Translations under genes and position numbers: made by a program
Assembly (NCBI GenBank): GCA_050874425.1
Contig: JBNMKQ010000001.1
Span: 9,016-73,015 of the forward strand
From: Alloprevotella sp.
GTDB lineage: Bacteria > Bacteroidota > Bacteroidia > Bacteroidales > Bacteroidaceae
DNA: 64,000 nt
Reading direction: 5' to 3'
Notes under the pieces: generated by a model
Told to the model about the DNA's origin: nothing
Database searches by the model: none
The model's input: only the letters and a program-made list of their open reading frames with translations
Shown: positions 47,801 through 57,400 of the stretch, in pieces
How positions within the stretch are numbered: position 1 is the stretch's first letter
How the letters are laid out: the number at the start of each line of letters is the position of its first letter

Positions 47801-48435
47801 GCCCTCAAGCAGTGCCTAAGACTGATGAAGCGCAGCATGAACCAAGGGCGAACGTCAATCCCTTTGATGACGACGTGAAGCCCAAAGACGTTGAGGTAGC
47901 ACTGCAACCAAGCCATTTGCAGAACGTGCAGTTTGTGCAATCAACAGAGGCTAAAGAGTATATGGGACTGCTGCCCGAAAAAGATGCGAAGAAAGAAGAG
48001 GCTCGCCAGCGTGGCTTGTTTTATCACGACCTTCTGTCGCGCATCGAGACAATTGACGACTTGCCCCGCGCATTGAACGACATGGTTGTAGAAGGTAAAA
48101 TAACCGAAAGCGAAAAGGCTCAGCACGAGGCTTACGTTAGGAAGTGCGTTACAAGCAAACCGCTGCACAAGAAATGGTTTGATGGTTCGTATCAGCTTTA
48201 TAATGAATGTGACATATTCTTACCCAACGCTGACGGCACCATAAAAGTGCGCCGCCCCGACCGCGTAATGATCAACGACCACGAGGTGATTATCGTTGAT
48301 TACAAAACGGCCGATGAACACAAGGGCTATACGAGCCAAGTGAGTGAATATCGCGATTTGCTTCACATGATGACAGGATTGCCTGTCACGGCTTATTTGT
48401 GGTATTTGGACAAAGACGAAAGTCATCGGGTATAG
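44833..48435 (+). CDS. addA: UvrD-type helicase fused to a PD-(D/E)XK nuclease (AddA-like)
   Basis: ASAGSGKT, VTFTNKATAEMKGRI, DEFQDTS, VGDVKQSIYRWRGG, NYRS, MTIHKAKGLE, YVAFTRA. C-terminal nuclease motif RPDRV..IVDYKT. Confidence 0.88.
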   Translation: MNKSKTLTVYNASAGSGKTYTLALKYIALALKGEAFDNEETGRTEYRFSKNDYTHILAVTFTNKATAEMKGRILKYLLALANPDFRTPDDDLGFMQKVMDETGLTEPVVRQRSADMLEAIMQDYDHFKVETIDSFFQTLLTSMAHEMNLPRGFKVDLDDKALVADAVNNFLMKLKGKHGGRGAMKRVIALLNDYMEEKGKWDISKELTRFAQDNLFSDLMMNKEEELAAYMNGDASQLYELRTRLRDKMKEIDNSLKRRCEDLKKLNNKILPFINKKLSNTLINYSNGIIDHSLFSKDPVGTIVKLAESNIKGFVLNKYIENGEAQANEDINKVIHSVAELERLRNKYQVVYNTCQLTLQKLSTLSLLSDINQEVKRLTAERGTHLLAHTPQLFGRMVKAEDASFIYERLGTTLHHIMIDEFQDTSHAQWQNFKLLIGEMLSQGQQCMLVGDVKQSIYRWRGGDWGILGNIDTEGGIGRYVDRLPKMVNYRSQPLIVRFNNAFFMKAASYCDCNSSTRTEGEVEWTVPQDWQEAIYEGELKNKFAEGESEDTLVEQRSTTTEARGEDKSTAQRVIPMKRIYQDVVQIANKGGNEVGKPNGYVFIKLLDKDYEEQALKELSQKIDLVKQECQIEYKDMLILVRRNGEAKKVVDYMQDKRPDLPLTTEEAFMYSASDMVNCLVNALKFINDMDALKAEAERAQKEDDKDKAIKKYEEGADHQLSYFRLQQCYDNLTKTAEKVGSGTTDYAATLSEFMNKLKDEQWRTECHRIPLYELLQMFMRDLAFDELNNQGQLGQAAYLHSFMDEVVAFADEKTPDIAKFIAYWDESLAKKSIATNASDAISVMTIHKAKGLERHTVFIPFGNMDLESDKAGMFPATLTCNVTEITKYNAEAKDLLGELPVIPITMGKAMDNSFYHDCYVYDHLQQRVDNLNTLYVAFTRAATNLFIWSQDKGTQTTSALLKAFVSNEEAKVNEEDQKPYYEFGQLEPRPQAVPKTDEAQHEPRANVNPFDDDVKPKDVEVALQPSHLQNVQFVQSTEAKEYMGLLPEKDAKKEEARQRGLFYHDLLSRIETIDDLPRALNDMVVEGKITESEKAQHEAYVRKCVTSKPLHKKWFDGSYQLYNECDIFLPNADGTIKVRRPDRVMINDHEVIIVDYKTADEHKGYTSQVSEYRDLLHMMTGLPVTAYLWYLDKDESHRV

Positions 48436-48528
48436 TTTGTTGGGTGATTATGAGGTTATTTGCTTATAATCTCATAACCTTCAAACTCACTCACCAACCC
48501 TCTATTCACATCAAAAAAAGCAATAAAA

Positions 48529-51500
48529 ATGGATACATTCTTAAAACTTGTGGCAAAGTCGCTGTTGGCTCCCTTTGAGGGAGAGCAGATGATTGACTTG
48601 AGCAAGATGATTATCATATTTCCGAACAAACGCGCGTATTTGTTTTTGAACAAATACTTGACAGAACAATGCGGTGGACGACCTATCTGGGCGCCTACGT
48701 ATAAGTCAATCAGTGAGTTCTTTAAGGAGCAGGCCCCCGTGGTGAAAGTGGAAGACAAGATTAACACCATAGCACGCTTGTTTAGACACTACAAAAGGCT
48801 GGTCAACCCGAATGCCACACTCGACAATTTTTATGGGTGGGGCGAACGCATACTGAATGATTTTGATGACGTCGACAAGAACATGGGGCCTGCTGAAAAG
48901 GTATTTTGCGACCTTAACGACTATCAAGCGCTCAGTACGCAAGATGATTGGTTGGACAGCGAGGCTGACCGTGAGGAATTGGAAACCTTCTTTGGGAGTT
49001 TCTCAAGCGAAAGGCAGAGTGAGGTGCGCGAGAGTTATAAAAAGCTTTGGAAGCAATATCATACGCTCTACAACGACTTGCGCACGGAGCTAAAGAGTAA
49101 GGACTTGGCCTACGAGGGTATGCTCTACCGTGAGGTGGTGGAAGAGTTGGAGCGAGATCGCGAAGCAGGTCGTGTGCTCGGACTCAAGGCGAAGTTTAGG
49201 GGGCGCACCTTTGTGTTTGTGGGCTTTAACGTGCTCGATCGAGTTGAGGAGCACCTATTCCGCTTGCTCAACGACGAGGGCATGGCTCGCTTCTATTGGG
49301 ACTATGACACCTATTACGTTGAGAAGCGAAGGGATAAGTATGTAGCTAAAAACGAGGCGGGCATCTTCATGGCACAAAACCTTAATACCTTTGGCAATGA
49401 ACTTGAACGTGACAACTTGGAAGGCGTCAGCTTTGACAATATAAGCCGCTTTGCCGCTCGTGACGGTAAGCATCAACTCACGTTTGTACAAGCCGATACG
49501 AATGCTATCCAGGCACAATATATTGCGCCATGGCTGAGCGATAAGGATACACCGCACATCGACCCTGCACAAGCGAACCAAACGGCCGTGGTGTTGGGCG
49601 ATGAAACGATGTTGCAGCCTACCTTGCATGCGTTGCCTATTGCTACTAATGGGGAGGAAAGCGATGACGTAAATGGTGCGGCACCTTCGTATTACGTAAA
49701 CATAACAAAGGGCTTCCCCGTCAACTATACTTCGGTCTATGCTGACTTGGTGCGACTTATGGAGCAGGTGTTGAGCGGTACTGCTCCTTACGATGAAGAG
49801 GGGTATGCTCCTACGCTGCACTCATTGCCCACACTCGATGAGATGATAGCAGTGCTAAAGAGCTTTCAAGGCCAATTGAGACAAACAGCCCAAGATGCGG
49901 CTCACACTGAAAATGACGATGTGAATGATGAATACAAGGTAGAGGGCGAAACGTGGCTCAATATTCTGCATACAGAGTCAACTTCTCACCTTGATAAGTT
50001 GATTAACAAGTTTATTAGTCTGCTTGAGAACGACGAACATCTGTTAGCACAAGAGGACAATAGCAGGGTGGCATGCTTGAGCTATAAGATGTTGTTTAAA
50101 TTGATGAAACAGAGTATGCAACAAAGTCAGGTGCCTTTCCACGGTGAACCTGCTATTGGGCTACAGGTAATGGGGGTGCTCGAAACACGCTGCCTTGACT
50201 TTAAGCATGTGCTCTTACTCTCTGCCAATGAGGGCGTGTTGCCCCAAAAAGCGAACGACGCTTCGTTTATTCCCTTTATCATTCGTAAGCACTATGGGCT
50301 GACCACATTTACGCGCAAAACGGCGGTGTATGCTTACTACTTCTACCGTTTGTTGCAACGCGCAGAGACGGTAACCATGGTGTACAACTGCTCAACACGA
50401 GGTACGCACCGAGGTGAGATGACACGCTTTATGCGACATTTGCTAACCGACGGCAAAATGGCCAACTGTATTAAGCGCATTCACCTCACGTCAATGCCGA
50501 AACGCTCTGAAGCTGCAGACGATATTGAGATAGACAAGAAGTTGCAAAGCCGCCGTTTCTCACCCTCGGCACTCAACGTCTACTTACACTGTCCACGCGA
50601 GTTTTACTATCACTATGTAGCTAACATTCAAACTCCCGACGATCGTAAGGGCATTATTGATGCGCGCGACTTTGGCATTGTGGTGCACTATGTGGCCGAA
50701 CAGTTTTATGCCAAACACCCACATGGCGTGAGTGAGCAGGAGTTGGAAGCACTGCTTAATGACTCGTCGGAGAATGGAATTAATCATTTCATAAAAAAGG
50801 CCTTTACAGATGAAAATGTCACATCGCTCGACTTTACCGAGGAGTTGGTGCGCAAGAGTGTTGTTGACCTGCTGAAATACGATGCGAGCGAGAAACCCCG
50901 GCTGGACGAATTTGAATTCTTAAGAGGTGAATTCAATGCCAGCGCTACATTTGATGTGAAGAACTCTGAAACAGGTAAACTCGAACAAGTCACGATCTAT
51001 GGCTCAGTTGACCGCATGGATATGGCCTACTTTAAAGAAGATAGTGGCTTTAACTCAGCCCGAACGCTGCGCGTCATTGACTACAAGACGGGAGGGCATG
51101 TACTTAAGGCTAAGAACATTGATGCTCTATTTAACAATCGGTTGGTTGAAGGCGAAAATGAAATAGATGAAGATAACCCCAAGTATCTGTTCCAAGCCTT
51201 TGTATACAGTTTGCTCATGTTAAGAAATCCGCATGGGGCACCCACCCAAGAAAATCAGCCAGATATAACTAACATTATAAAGGGGGCACCTATTGTACCA
51301 GCACTCTACTACATTGGCCGCATGGGCGAGGACGAATTCGTACCTTACTTAACGGTCGGTGGCAATCTCATAACTGACTTTAAGGCACAAGTTGCCGATG
51401 AGTTTGAGGAGAAGTTGAAGTTGCTGTTAGAGAAGATTATCGACCCTAAGAATGATTTTCCCTGTGCTAAAAGTGACAAGGCCTGCAGTTATTGCAACTT

Positions 51501-51537
51501 TAAGCAATTGTGCGCTAAAGGACGAAATACACTTTAA
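48529..51537 (+). CDS. addB: PD-(D/E)XK nuclease with an inactive helicase-like N-terminus (AddB-like)
   Basis: IIFPNKRA, QVMGVLETRCLDF, FSPSALNVYLHCPREFYYHY, GSVDRMD..VIDYKTG, terminal Fe-S cysteines CAKSDKACSYCNFKQLC. Directly follows addA. Confidence 0.87.
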   Translation: MDTFLKLVAKSLLAPFEGEQMIDLSKMIIIFPNKRAYLFLNKYLTEQCGGRPIWAPTYKSISEFFKEQAPVVKVEDKINTIARLFRHYKRLVNPNATLDNFYGWGERILNDFDDVDKNMGPAEKVFCDLNDYQALSTQDDWLDSEADREELETFFGSFSSERQSEVRESYKKLWKQYHTLYNDLRTELKSKDLAYEGMLYREVVEELERDREAGRVLGLKAKFRGRTFVFVGFNVLDRVEEHLFRLLNDEGMARFYWDYDTYYVEKRRDKYVAKNEAGIFMAQNLNTFGNELERDNLEGVSFDNISRFAARDGKHQLTFVQADTNAIQAQYIAPWLSDKDTPHIDPAQANQTAVVLGDETMLQPTLHALPIATNGEESDDVNGAAPSYYVNITKGFPVNYTSVYADLVRLMEQVLSGTAPYDEEGYAPTLHSLPTLDEMIAVLKSFQGQLRQTAQDAAHTENDDVNDEYKVEGETWLNILHTESTSHLDKLINKFISLLENDEHLLAQEDNSRVACLSYKMLFKLMKQSMQQSQVPFHGEPAIGLQVMGVLETRCLDFKHVLLLSANEGVLPQKANDASFIPFIIRKHYGLTTFTRKTAVYAYYFYRLLQRAETVTMVYNCSTRGTHRGEMTRFMRHLLTDGKMANCIKRIHLTSMPKRSEAADDIEIDKKLQSRRFSPSALNVYLHCPREFYYHYVANIQTPDDRKGIIDARDFGIVVHYVAEQFYAKHPHGVSEQELEALLNDSSENGINHFIKKAFTDENVTSLDFTEELVRKSVVDLLKYDASEKPRLDEFEFLRGEFNASATFDVKNSETGKLEQVTIYGSVDRMDMAYFKEDSGFNSARTLRVIDYKTGGHVLKAKNIDALFNNRLVEGENEIDEDNPKYLFQAFVYSLLMLRNPHGAPTQENQPDITNIIKGAPIVPALYYIGRMGEDEFVPYLTVGGNLITDFKAQVADEFEEKLKLLLEKIIDPKNDFPCAKSDKACSYCNFKQLCAKGRNTL

Positions 51538-51550
51538 TGCACAAGTTAAA

Positions 51551-51587
51551 AGGTGTGTTCTAAAAAATCCGTTTTTAGAACACACCT
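51551..51587. terminator. Perfect 16-bp-arm hairpin after addB
   Basis: AGGTGTGTTCTAAAAA ATCCG TTTTTAGAACACACCT. Confidence 0.75.
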
Positions 51588-51608
51588 AAAAACAAACAAA
51601 CTTGAAAG

Positions 51609-52274
51609 ATGTATAACATAGAAATAACCGAAAACTTCAAACGACTTTGCCCTACCTTTTGTGGAGCCATGATTTTGGCTAAAATAAAAAACACCGAGTC
51701 GTCAGAGGCGCTATGGCAAGAGATTAGGCATGAGGAGGATAAACTCTTAGACACGTTCACGACCGAAAGCATAAAACTGCGTTCGGGGATTGCTGCTACG
51801 CGACAGGCTTACAAATCGTTTGGTAAAGATCCGAGCCGTTATCGACCGGCTTGTGAGCAATTGGCTCGACGTGTGCTGCAGGGTAAAGGATTGTACCACG
51901 TTAACACGGTGGTTGATGTGCTCAACCTCGTTTCGCTCGTTTCTGGCTATTCAACGGCTGCGCTCGATGCAGCACACATTGTGGGCCATAATATCACACT
52001 GGGCATAGGTCATGCAGACGAGCCGTATGAGGGTATTGGACGTGGAGTGCTGAATATTGAGCATTTGCCCGCTTATCGCGATGAAATGGGGGCTTTTGCT
52101 ACGCCTACAAGTGATTCTACACGTACGATGCTTGCGCTTGATTCAACCCTACTGCTTGTCATCATTAATGGCTACGACGGCGATGAAATGGCACTAAAGC
52201 AAGCCACAGACTATACGCAACGCTTGCTAAAGGATTATGCTGAAGGAAGTGACTTTGAAGTGACGTATTACTGA
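51609..52274 (+). CDS. Standalone B3/B4 domain protein (PheRS beta editing domain-like)
   Basis: IAATRQAYKSFGKDPSRYRPACEQLARR, VNTVVDVLNLVSL, YRDEMGAFATPTSDSTRT. Confidence 0.88.
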   Translation: MYNIEITENFKRLCPTFCGAMILAKIKNTESSEALWQEIRHEEDKLLDTFTTESIKLRSGIAATRQAYKSFGKDPSRYRPACEQLARRVLQGKGLYHVNTVVDVLNLVSLVSGYSTAALDAAHIVGHNITLGIGHADEPYEGIGRGVLNIEHLPAYRDEMGAFATPTSDSTRTMLALDSTLLLVIINGYDGDEMALKQATDYTQRLLKDYAEGSDFEVTYY

Positions 52275-52285
52275 TTAGGTTAAGC

Positions 52286-52323
52286 TTTCCCCCTAACCTC
52301 CTCTTCCAATCGGGAAGGGGAAA
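52286..52323. repeat. Short pyrimidine/purine palindrome after the B3/4 gene
   Basis: TTTCCCCCTAACCTCCTCTTCC AATC GGGAAGGGGAAA. Confidence 0.55.
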
Positions 52324-52379
52324 CAAGTTGCCTCTATTTGCTACGTTTCTAACTGAAAATCAGTAAGAGGACTAAAACA

Positions 52380-52469
52380 AACTTTCACACCCCTAAGATT
52401 GCATCTCTTGTTGTCATGGGCAATTCCAATCATTAGAGGTTAACTTTGTGTCCTGCAAATTTGTATTTT
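52380..52469. repeat. 90-bp dispersed intergenic element, copy 2
   Basis: 84 of 90 positions identical to 29839-29928. Lies 2 bp from an ISL3-like end. Confidence 0.92.
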
Positions 52470-52471
52470 TA

Positions 52472-52497
52472 GGCTCTATAACGAATCGTGTGGGTAA
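52472..52497 (-). mobile_element. Solo ISL3-family terminal inverted repeat (opposite orientation)
   Basis: GGCTCTATAACGAATCGTGTGGGTAA, the reverse complement of the 44109 copy with one mismatch. Confidence 0.65.
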
Positions 52498-52519
52498 TAT
52501 TGCTTTTAACGATATGTAC

Positions 52520-52603
52520 AACCTACAATTTAGCAGCCTCTCCCCCCTACCTTCCCCCCAAGAGGGGAGGAGGTAGGGGGGAGAGGCTGCTAAATTGCAG
52601 GTT
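52520..52603. repeat. Long pyrimidine/purine palindrome 31 bp past the gdhA stop (REP-like or terminator)
   Basis: AACCTACAATTTAGCAGCCTCTCCCCCCTACC ... GGTAGGGGGGAGAGGCTGCTAAATTGCAGGTT. Same architecture as 20068-20142. Confidence 0.88.
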
Positions 52604-52634
52604 ACGTAAATGCTAATGAGCGTACCTGTGGCTC

Positions 52635-53972
52635 CTATAAGACACCTTGTGCCATCATGGCGTGAGCGACCTTCATAAATCCAGCGATGTTGGCCCCCTT
52701 GACAAAGTTGATTTGACCGTTAGACTCCGTTCCGTAACGTAAGCATTGGTCGTGAACGGCACTCATGATATGGTGTAGTCGTTGGTCGACTTCGTTGGCA
52801 GTCCATGAAATGTGCATGGCATTTTGCGTCATTTCAAGTCCAGATGTGGCTACGCCACCAGAGTTAACGGCTTTACCTGGTGCAAAAGGCATGTTGTGCG
52901 CGATGAAATAATCAACGGCCTCAGCTGTACACCCCATGTTGCTTACTTCGGCTACGAGGCCGACGCCATTGTCGCAGAGTTGTTTGGCATCCTCAAGGCT
53001 TAACTCGTTCTGCGTGGCGCAGGGTAGTGCAATGTCAACATGCTGCTCCCAAGGTTTTTTGCCTGCGAAGAAGGTGGCTTCAGGATAACGCTCAGCGTAT
53101 GGCGACACAATGTCATTGCCCGACATTCTTAACTCAAGCATATAGTCAATCTTGTCGCCGCTTACCCCTTTGGGGTCGTAAATGTATCCGTCGGGGCCAC
53201 TGAGTGTTACGACCTTAGCCCCCATTTCAGTGGCTTTTTTTACAGCCCCCCAAGCTACATTGCCAAAACCCGAAACGGCTATGGTCTTACCACTAATATC
53301 TTTGCCGTAGTCTGCTAACATTTGGCGAACAAAGTAGAGAGCGCCATAACCAGTTGCTTCGGGGCGTAAGATGGAACCTCCAAACTCAAGGCCTTTGCCA
53401 GTAAAGGTGCCTGTGTGTTGATGGGTCAGTTTCTTATACATTCCAAACATGTATCCTACTTCGCGTCCGCCCACGCCGATGTCGCCCGCGGGGACATCTT
53501 GGTCAGGACCTAAGTTGCGCCAAAGCTCTAACATGAATGCCTGACAAAAACGCATGATTTCAGCTTCGCTTCGTCCGCGTGGTGCGAAGTCAGAGCCGCC
53601 TTTCGCACCGCCCATAGGTAGGGTAGTGAGAGCGTTCTTAAAGGTCTGCTCAAACCCCAGAAATTTCAAAATACTAAGGTTAACTGAGGGGTGAAAACGT
53701 ACACCTCCTTTGTATGGGCCAATGGCATTGTTGAACTGTACGCGGTAGCCCAAATTGACGTGTACTTCACCTTGGTCGTCAATCCAAGGCACGCGGAAGG
53801 TGATGATACGATCAGGTTCAACAAGGCGTTCGATGAGCTTAACCTGTTCAAATTCAGGGTGTTGGTTGTAGACGTCTTCAATTGAGAGAAGAACTTCCTG
53901 AACGGCTTGTAAATACTCAGCCTCGCCTGGATGCTTGGCTTCGAGTTGTTGTATGATATTTTCTGTTTTCAT
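52635..53972 (-). CDS. gdhA: NAD(P)-specific glutamate dehydrogenase (start at MKTENII; the ORF track extends to 54077)
   Basis: GPYKGGVRFHP, KFLGFEQTFKNALTTLPMGGAKGG, DVPAGDIGVG, RPEATGYG, SGFGNVA. Confidence 0.95.
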   Translation of the reverse strand: MKTENIIQQLEAKHPGEAEYLQAVQEVLLSIEDVYNQHPEFEQVKLIERLVEPDRIITFRVPWIDDQGEVHVNLGYRVQFNNAIGPYKGGVRFHPSVNLSILKFLGFEQTFKNALTTLPMGGAKGGSDFAPRGRSEAEIMRFCQAFMLELWRNLGPDQDVPAGDIGVGGREVGYMFGMYKKLTHQHTGTFTGKGLEFGGSILRPEATGYGALYFVRQMLADYGKDISGKTIAVSGFGNVAWGAVKKATEMGAKVVTLSGPDGYIYDPKGVSGDKIDYMLELRMSGNDIVSPYAERYPEATFFAGKKPWEQHVDIALPCATQNELSLEDAKQLCDNGVGLVAEVSNMGCTAEAVDYFIAHNMPFAPGKAVNSGGVATSGLEMTQNAMHISWTANEVDQRLHHIMSAVHDQCLRYGTESNGQINFVKGANIAGFMKVAHAMMAQGVL

Positions 53973-54305
53973 GATATAGTTGGTTATGTTACTGCTTTGT
54001 TGTACAAATGTAAGTATTTGGTGTAGTATTCGTGTAGAATTAAATGCAAAATATCCCTTAGTTATGCTTAATAGCATATTAATTTAATCATTTTGATACA
54101 TTGACTGTTTTTGAAATATGTCTGTGTAAGATAAGAAAACAATGGCCGAAAGCGTTGCGATGTAGAGCGTGAATAATGAAAGCGTACATTTTACATATTA
54201 GTGCATAAAAGAAGATTTAGTTTACAAAGTGTAATGTAAAACAAGAAAATATGGAGAAATATGAAATTTATTTAAGCATAAAGCGTTATTTTGAAATGAA
54301 TATTG

Positions 54306-54313
54306 TACTTTTG
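54306..54313 (+). promoter_or_regulatory. -7 promoter box for gltBD
   Basis: TACTTTTG(CA), about 105 bp before the ATG at 54420. Confidence 0.65.
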
Positions 54314-54419
54314 CAAAGGAATAGGAACTAATACGTAACAAAGGCGAAACTTGTTGCATGGTTTTCCTATTATATTATTCATTGAAATTGTATTAAGCAC
54401 AATAACATACAAGGACATT

Positions 54420-57400
54420 ATGCAAATAAGTAACAGACTTAACGAAGGGTTGTATCGTTCAGAAAACGAGCACGATGCCTGTGGCGTTGGCATGATAGTC
54501 AACATTCATGGCAACAAGAGTCATGAATTGGTTGACGCTGCTTTGAAAGTCCTCGAGAATATGAAGCACCGTGGTGCAGAGGGTGCAGACAATAAGACTG
54601 GCGACGGCGCCGGTATTATGTTGCAAATACCGCACGAGTTTATATTGCTTCAAGGCATTCCAGTGCCAGAAAAGGGATATTATGGTACGGGGTTGCTCTT
54701 CTTGCCAAAGGACGAGGCATCTCAGGGCGATATTCTTCGCGTCTTCATAGAAGAAGTAGAGCGTGAGGGGTTGACATTGATGCACTTACGTGCAGTACCT
54801 ACCAATTCTGACATCTTGGGAAAGGACGCTTTGTCTACAGAGCCAGCGGTGAAACAAGTGTTTATAACGGGTGGCGATGCAGAATCATTAGAGCGCAAAT
54901 TATATCTAATACGTAAAAGAGTAGAAAAGCGCATAACGGACAAAGACTTTTACGTTTGTTCGCTTTCGTCAAAAAATATTGTATATAAGGGAATGCTCTC
55001 GTCAACGCAGTTGCGCGAGTATTACCCAGATTTAACGCAACCTTACTTTACGAGTGGATTGGCTATCGTTCACTCACGTTTCTCGACCAACACTTTCCCG
55101 ACGTGGGGATTGGCACAGCCATTCCGCCTTTTAGCGCATAATGGTGAGATAAATACCATTCGTGGTAATCGTGCTTGGATGGCAGCTCGTGAGTCAGTAT
55201 TGTCAACCGAGGTTTTGGGCGACATTAGTCAATTGCGTCCTATCATTCAGCCAGGCATGAGCGATTCAGCCTCGCTTGATAATGTGCTTGAATTCTTAGT
55301 AATGTCGGGACTTACATTGCCGCACGCTATGGCAATGTTAGTGCCTGAAAGCTTTAATGATAAGAACCCTATATCAGAAGACTTGAAAGCCTTCTATGAG
55401 TATCACTCTATCTTAATGGAGCCGTGGGACGGGCCTGCAGCGCTGCTCTTTAGCGACGGCCGTTACGCTGGTGGTATGCTTGACCGTAATGGATTGCGTC
55501 CTGCGCGTTATCTGATTACGAAGAATGACACAATGGTGGTAGCTTCAGAGGCAGGTGTGATAAACTTTGAAGCTACTGACATAAAAGAGAAAGGACGCTT
55601 GCAACCAGGCAAGATATTGTTGATTGACACGCAAGAAGCAAAGGTATACTATGATGGCGAGTTAAAAGAACAATTAGCAAAAGCCTATCCCTATCGCCAG
55701 TGGTTGTCAACCAATCGTATAGAATTAGACGCACTGAAGAGCGGTCGTAAGGTGGAGAATTCAGTAGAAGACTTTGATGTTCGTCTTCGTGCCTTCGGCT
55801 ATACGCGTGAAGACATAGAACGCACTATTACGCCTATGGCTACGAATGGTAGTGAACCTATCGCTTCAATGGGTAATGATACACCATTAGCTGTGCTATC
55901 AGAGCGTCCACAATCTTTGTTCAGTTACTTCCGTCAACAGTTTGCTCAGGTTACTAATCCAGCTATTGACCCCATTCGTGAGGAGTTAGTCATGTCGTTG
56001 ACGGAATATGTCGGAGCTGTAGGTATGAACATACTCTCTCCCAACGAGAGCCATTGTAAAATGGTGCGTTTGCCACAACCTATATTGACCAACCGACAGT
56101 TAGATATACTTTGTAATATTCGCTATAAGGGCTTCAATACTGTTAAGTTGCCAATGACGTTTGAGTCGGCAAAGGGTACGCAAGGCCTTAAGGATGCACT
56201 TGACAATCTATGCCACATGGCAGAGCAGAGTGTTAATGATGGTATTAACTATATCATTTTGTCTGATCGTGGTGTAGACGAAAGTCATGCTGCTATTCCA
56301 TCACTGTTGGCCGTAAGTGCTGTTCATCAGTATTTGATTTCGGTACAGAAACGTATGGAGACAGCCCTTGTCGTTGAAAGTGGTGAAGCGCGTGAAGTAA
56401 TGCATGCAGCCCTTTTGATTGGTTATGGTGCAAGTGCTATTAATCCATATATGGCCTTTGCAGTGCTTGACGATTTAGTAAAGCGTGGCGAGGTGCAGAT
56501 GAACTACGAGACGGCAGAAAAGAATTATATCAAAGCTATCTGCAAGGGACTATATAAGGTGCTCTCAAAAATGGGAATCAGCACTTTGCGCTCCTATCGC
56601 GGTGCACGCATCTTTGAGGCTATAGGCTTGAGCGATGACTTGTTGCGAAGCTATTTTGGCACAGATGCGAGCACGATTGGTGGGGTACATCTTGACCAAA
56701 TCGCACGTGATTATGTTAAGTTCCATGATGAAGGCTATGCTCCTTGTTATGAAGATAGAGAGTTAGAGGGCCTATTGCCTTATGCAGGCTTATTTAGCTA
56801 CAGAAAGGATGGTGAGCAACATGCTTGGAATCCCGAAACGATTTCAACCCTTCAATTGGCTACTCGCTTGGGTAGCTATAAGAAGTTTAAAGAATTCACC
56901 CAATTGGTTGACCAAAAGAGTAAACCTATATTTTTGCGTGATTTCTTTGAGTTTAAGCAAAATCCAATCCCTGTAGATGATGTAGAGTCCGTTGACGATA
57001 TCGTTAAGCACTTCGTTACGGGTGCCATGTCATTCGGTGCTATCAGTAAGGAAGCACATGAGGCCTTAGCCTTGGCCATGAATAAGTTAGGTACTCGTAG
57101 TAATACGGGCGAGGGAGGCGAAGACAGCGAACGTTTCCACGAGACGTTTGACGGCATTTCACTTTGCAGTAAGACGAAACAGATTGCTTCAGGTCGTTTT
57201 GGCGTGACTACCGAGTACTTAGTCAACGCTGAAGAAATTCAAATAAAGGTGGCACAAGGTGCTAAACCTGGTGAAGGTGGCCAGTTGCCTGGCTATAAAG
57301 TAAACCAGATTATAGCTAAGACGCGTCACTCAATACCAGGCATTTCGCTTATCTCGCCTCCACCACATCACGATATTTATTCAATCGAAGACTTGGCTCA

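Noticed and set aside
44833-51537. Helicase plus nuclease pair as a novel anti-phage defence system
   Set aside because: Motif order, sizes and the Fe-S cysteines fit the housekeeping AddAB of Bacteroidales, and no defence-island neighbours are present.
44109-52497. Composite transposon carrying addAB and B3/4 between two ISL3 ends
   Set aside because: The two ends face tip to tip, so the segment lies outside both elements. The flanking 8-mers do not match and the cargo is core repair genes.
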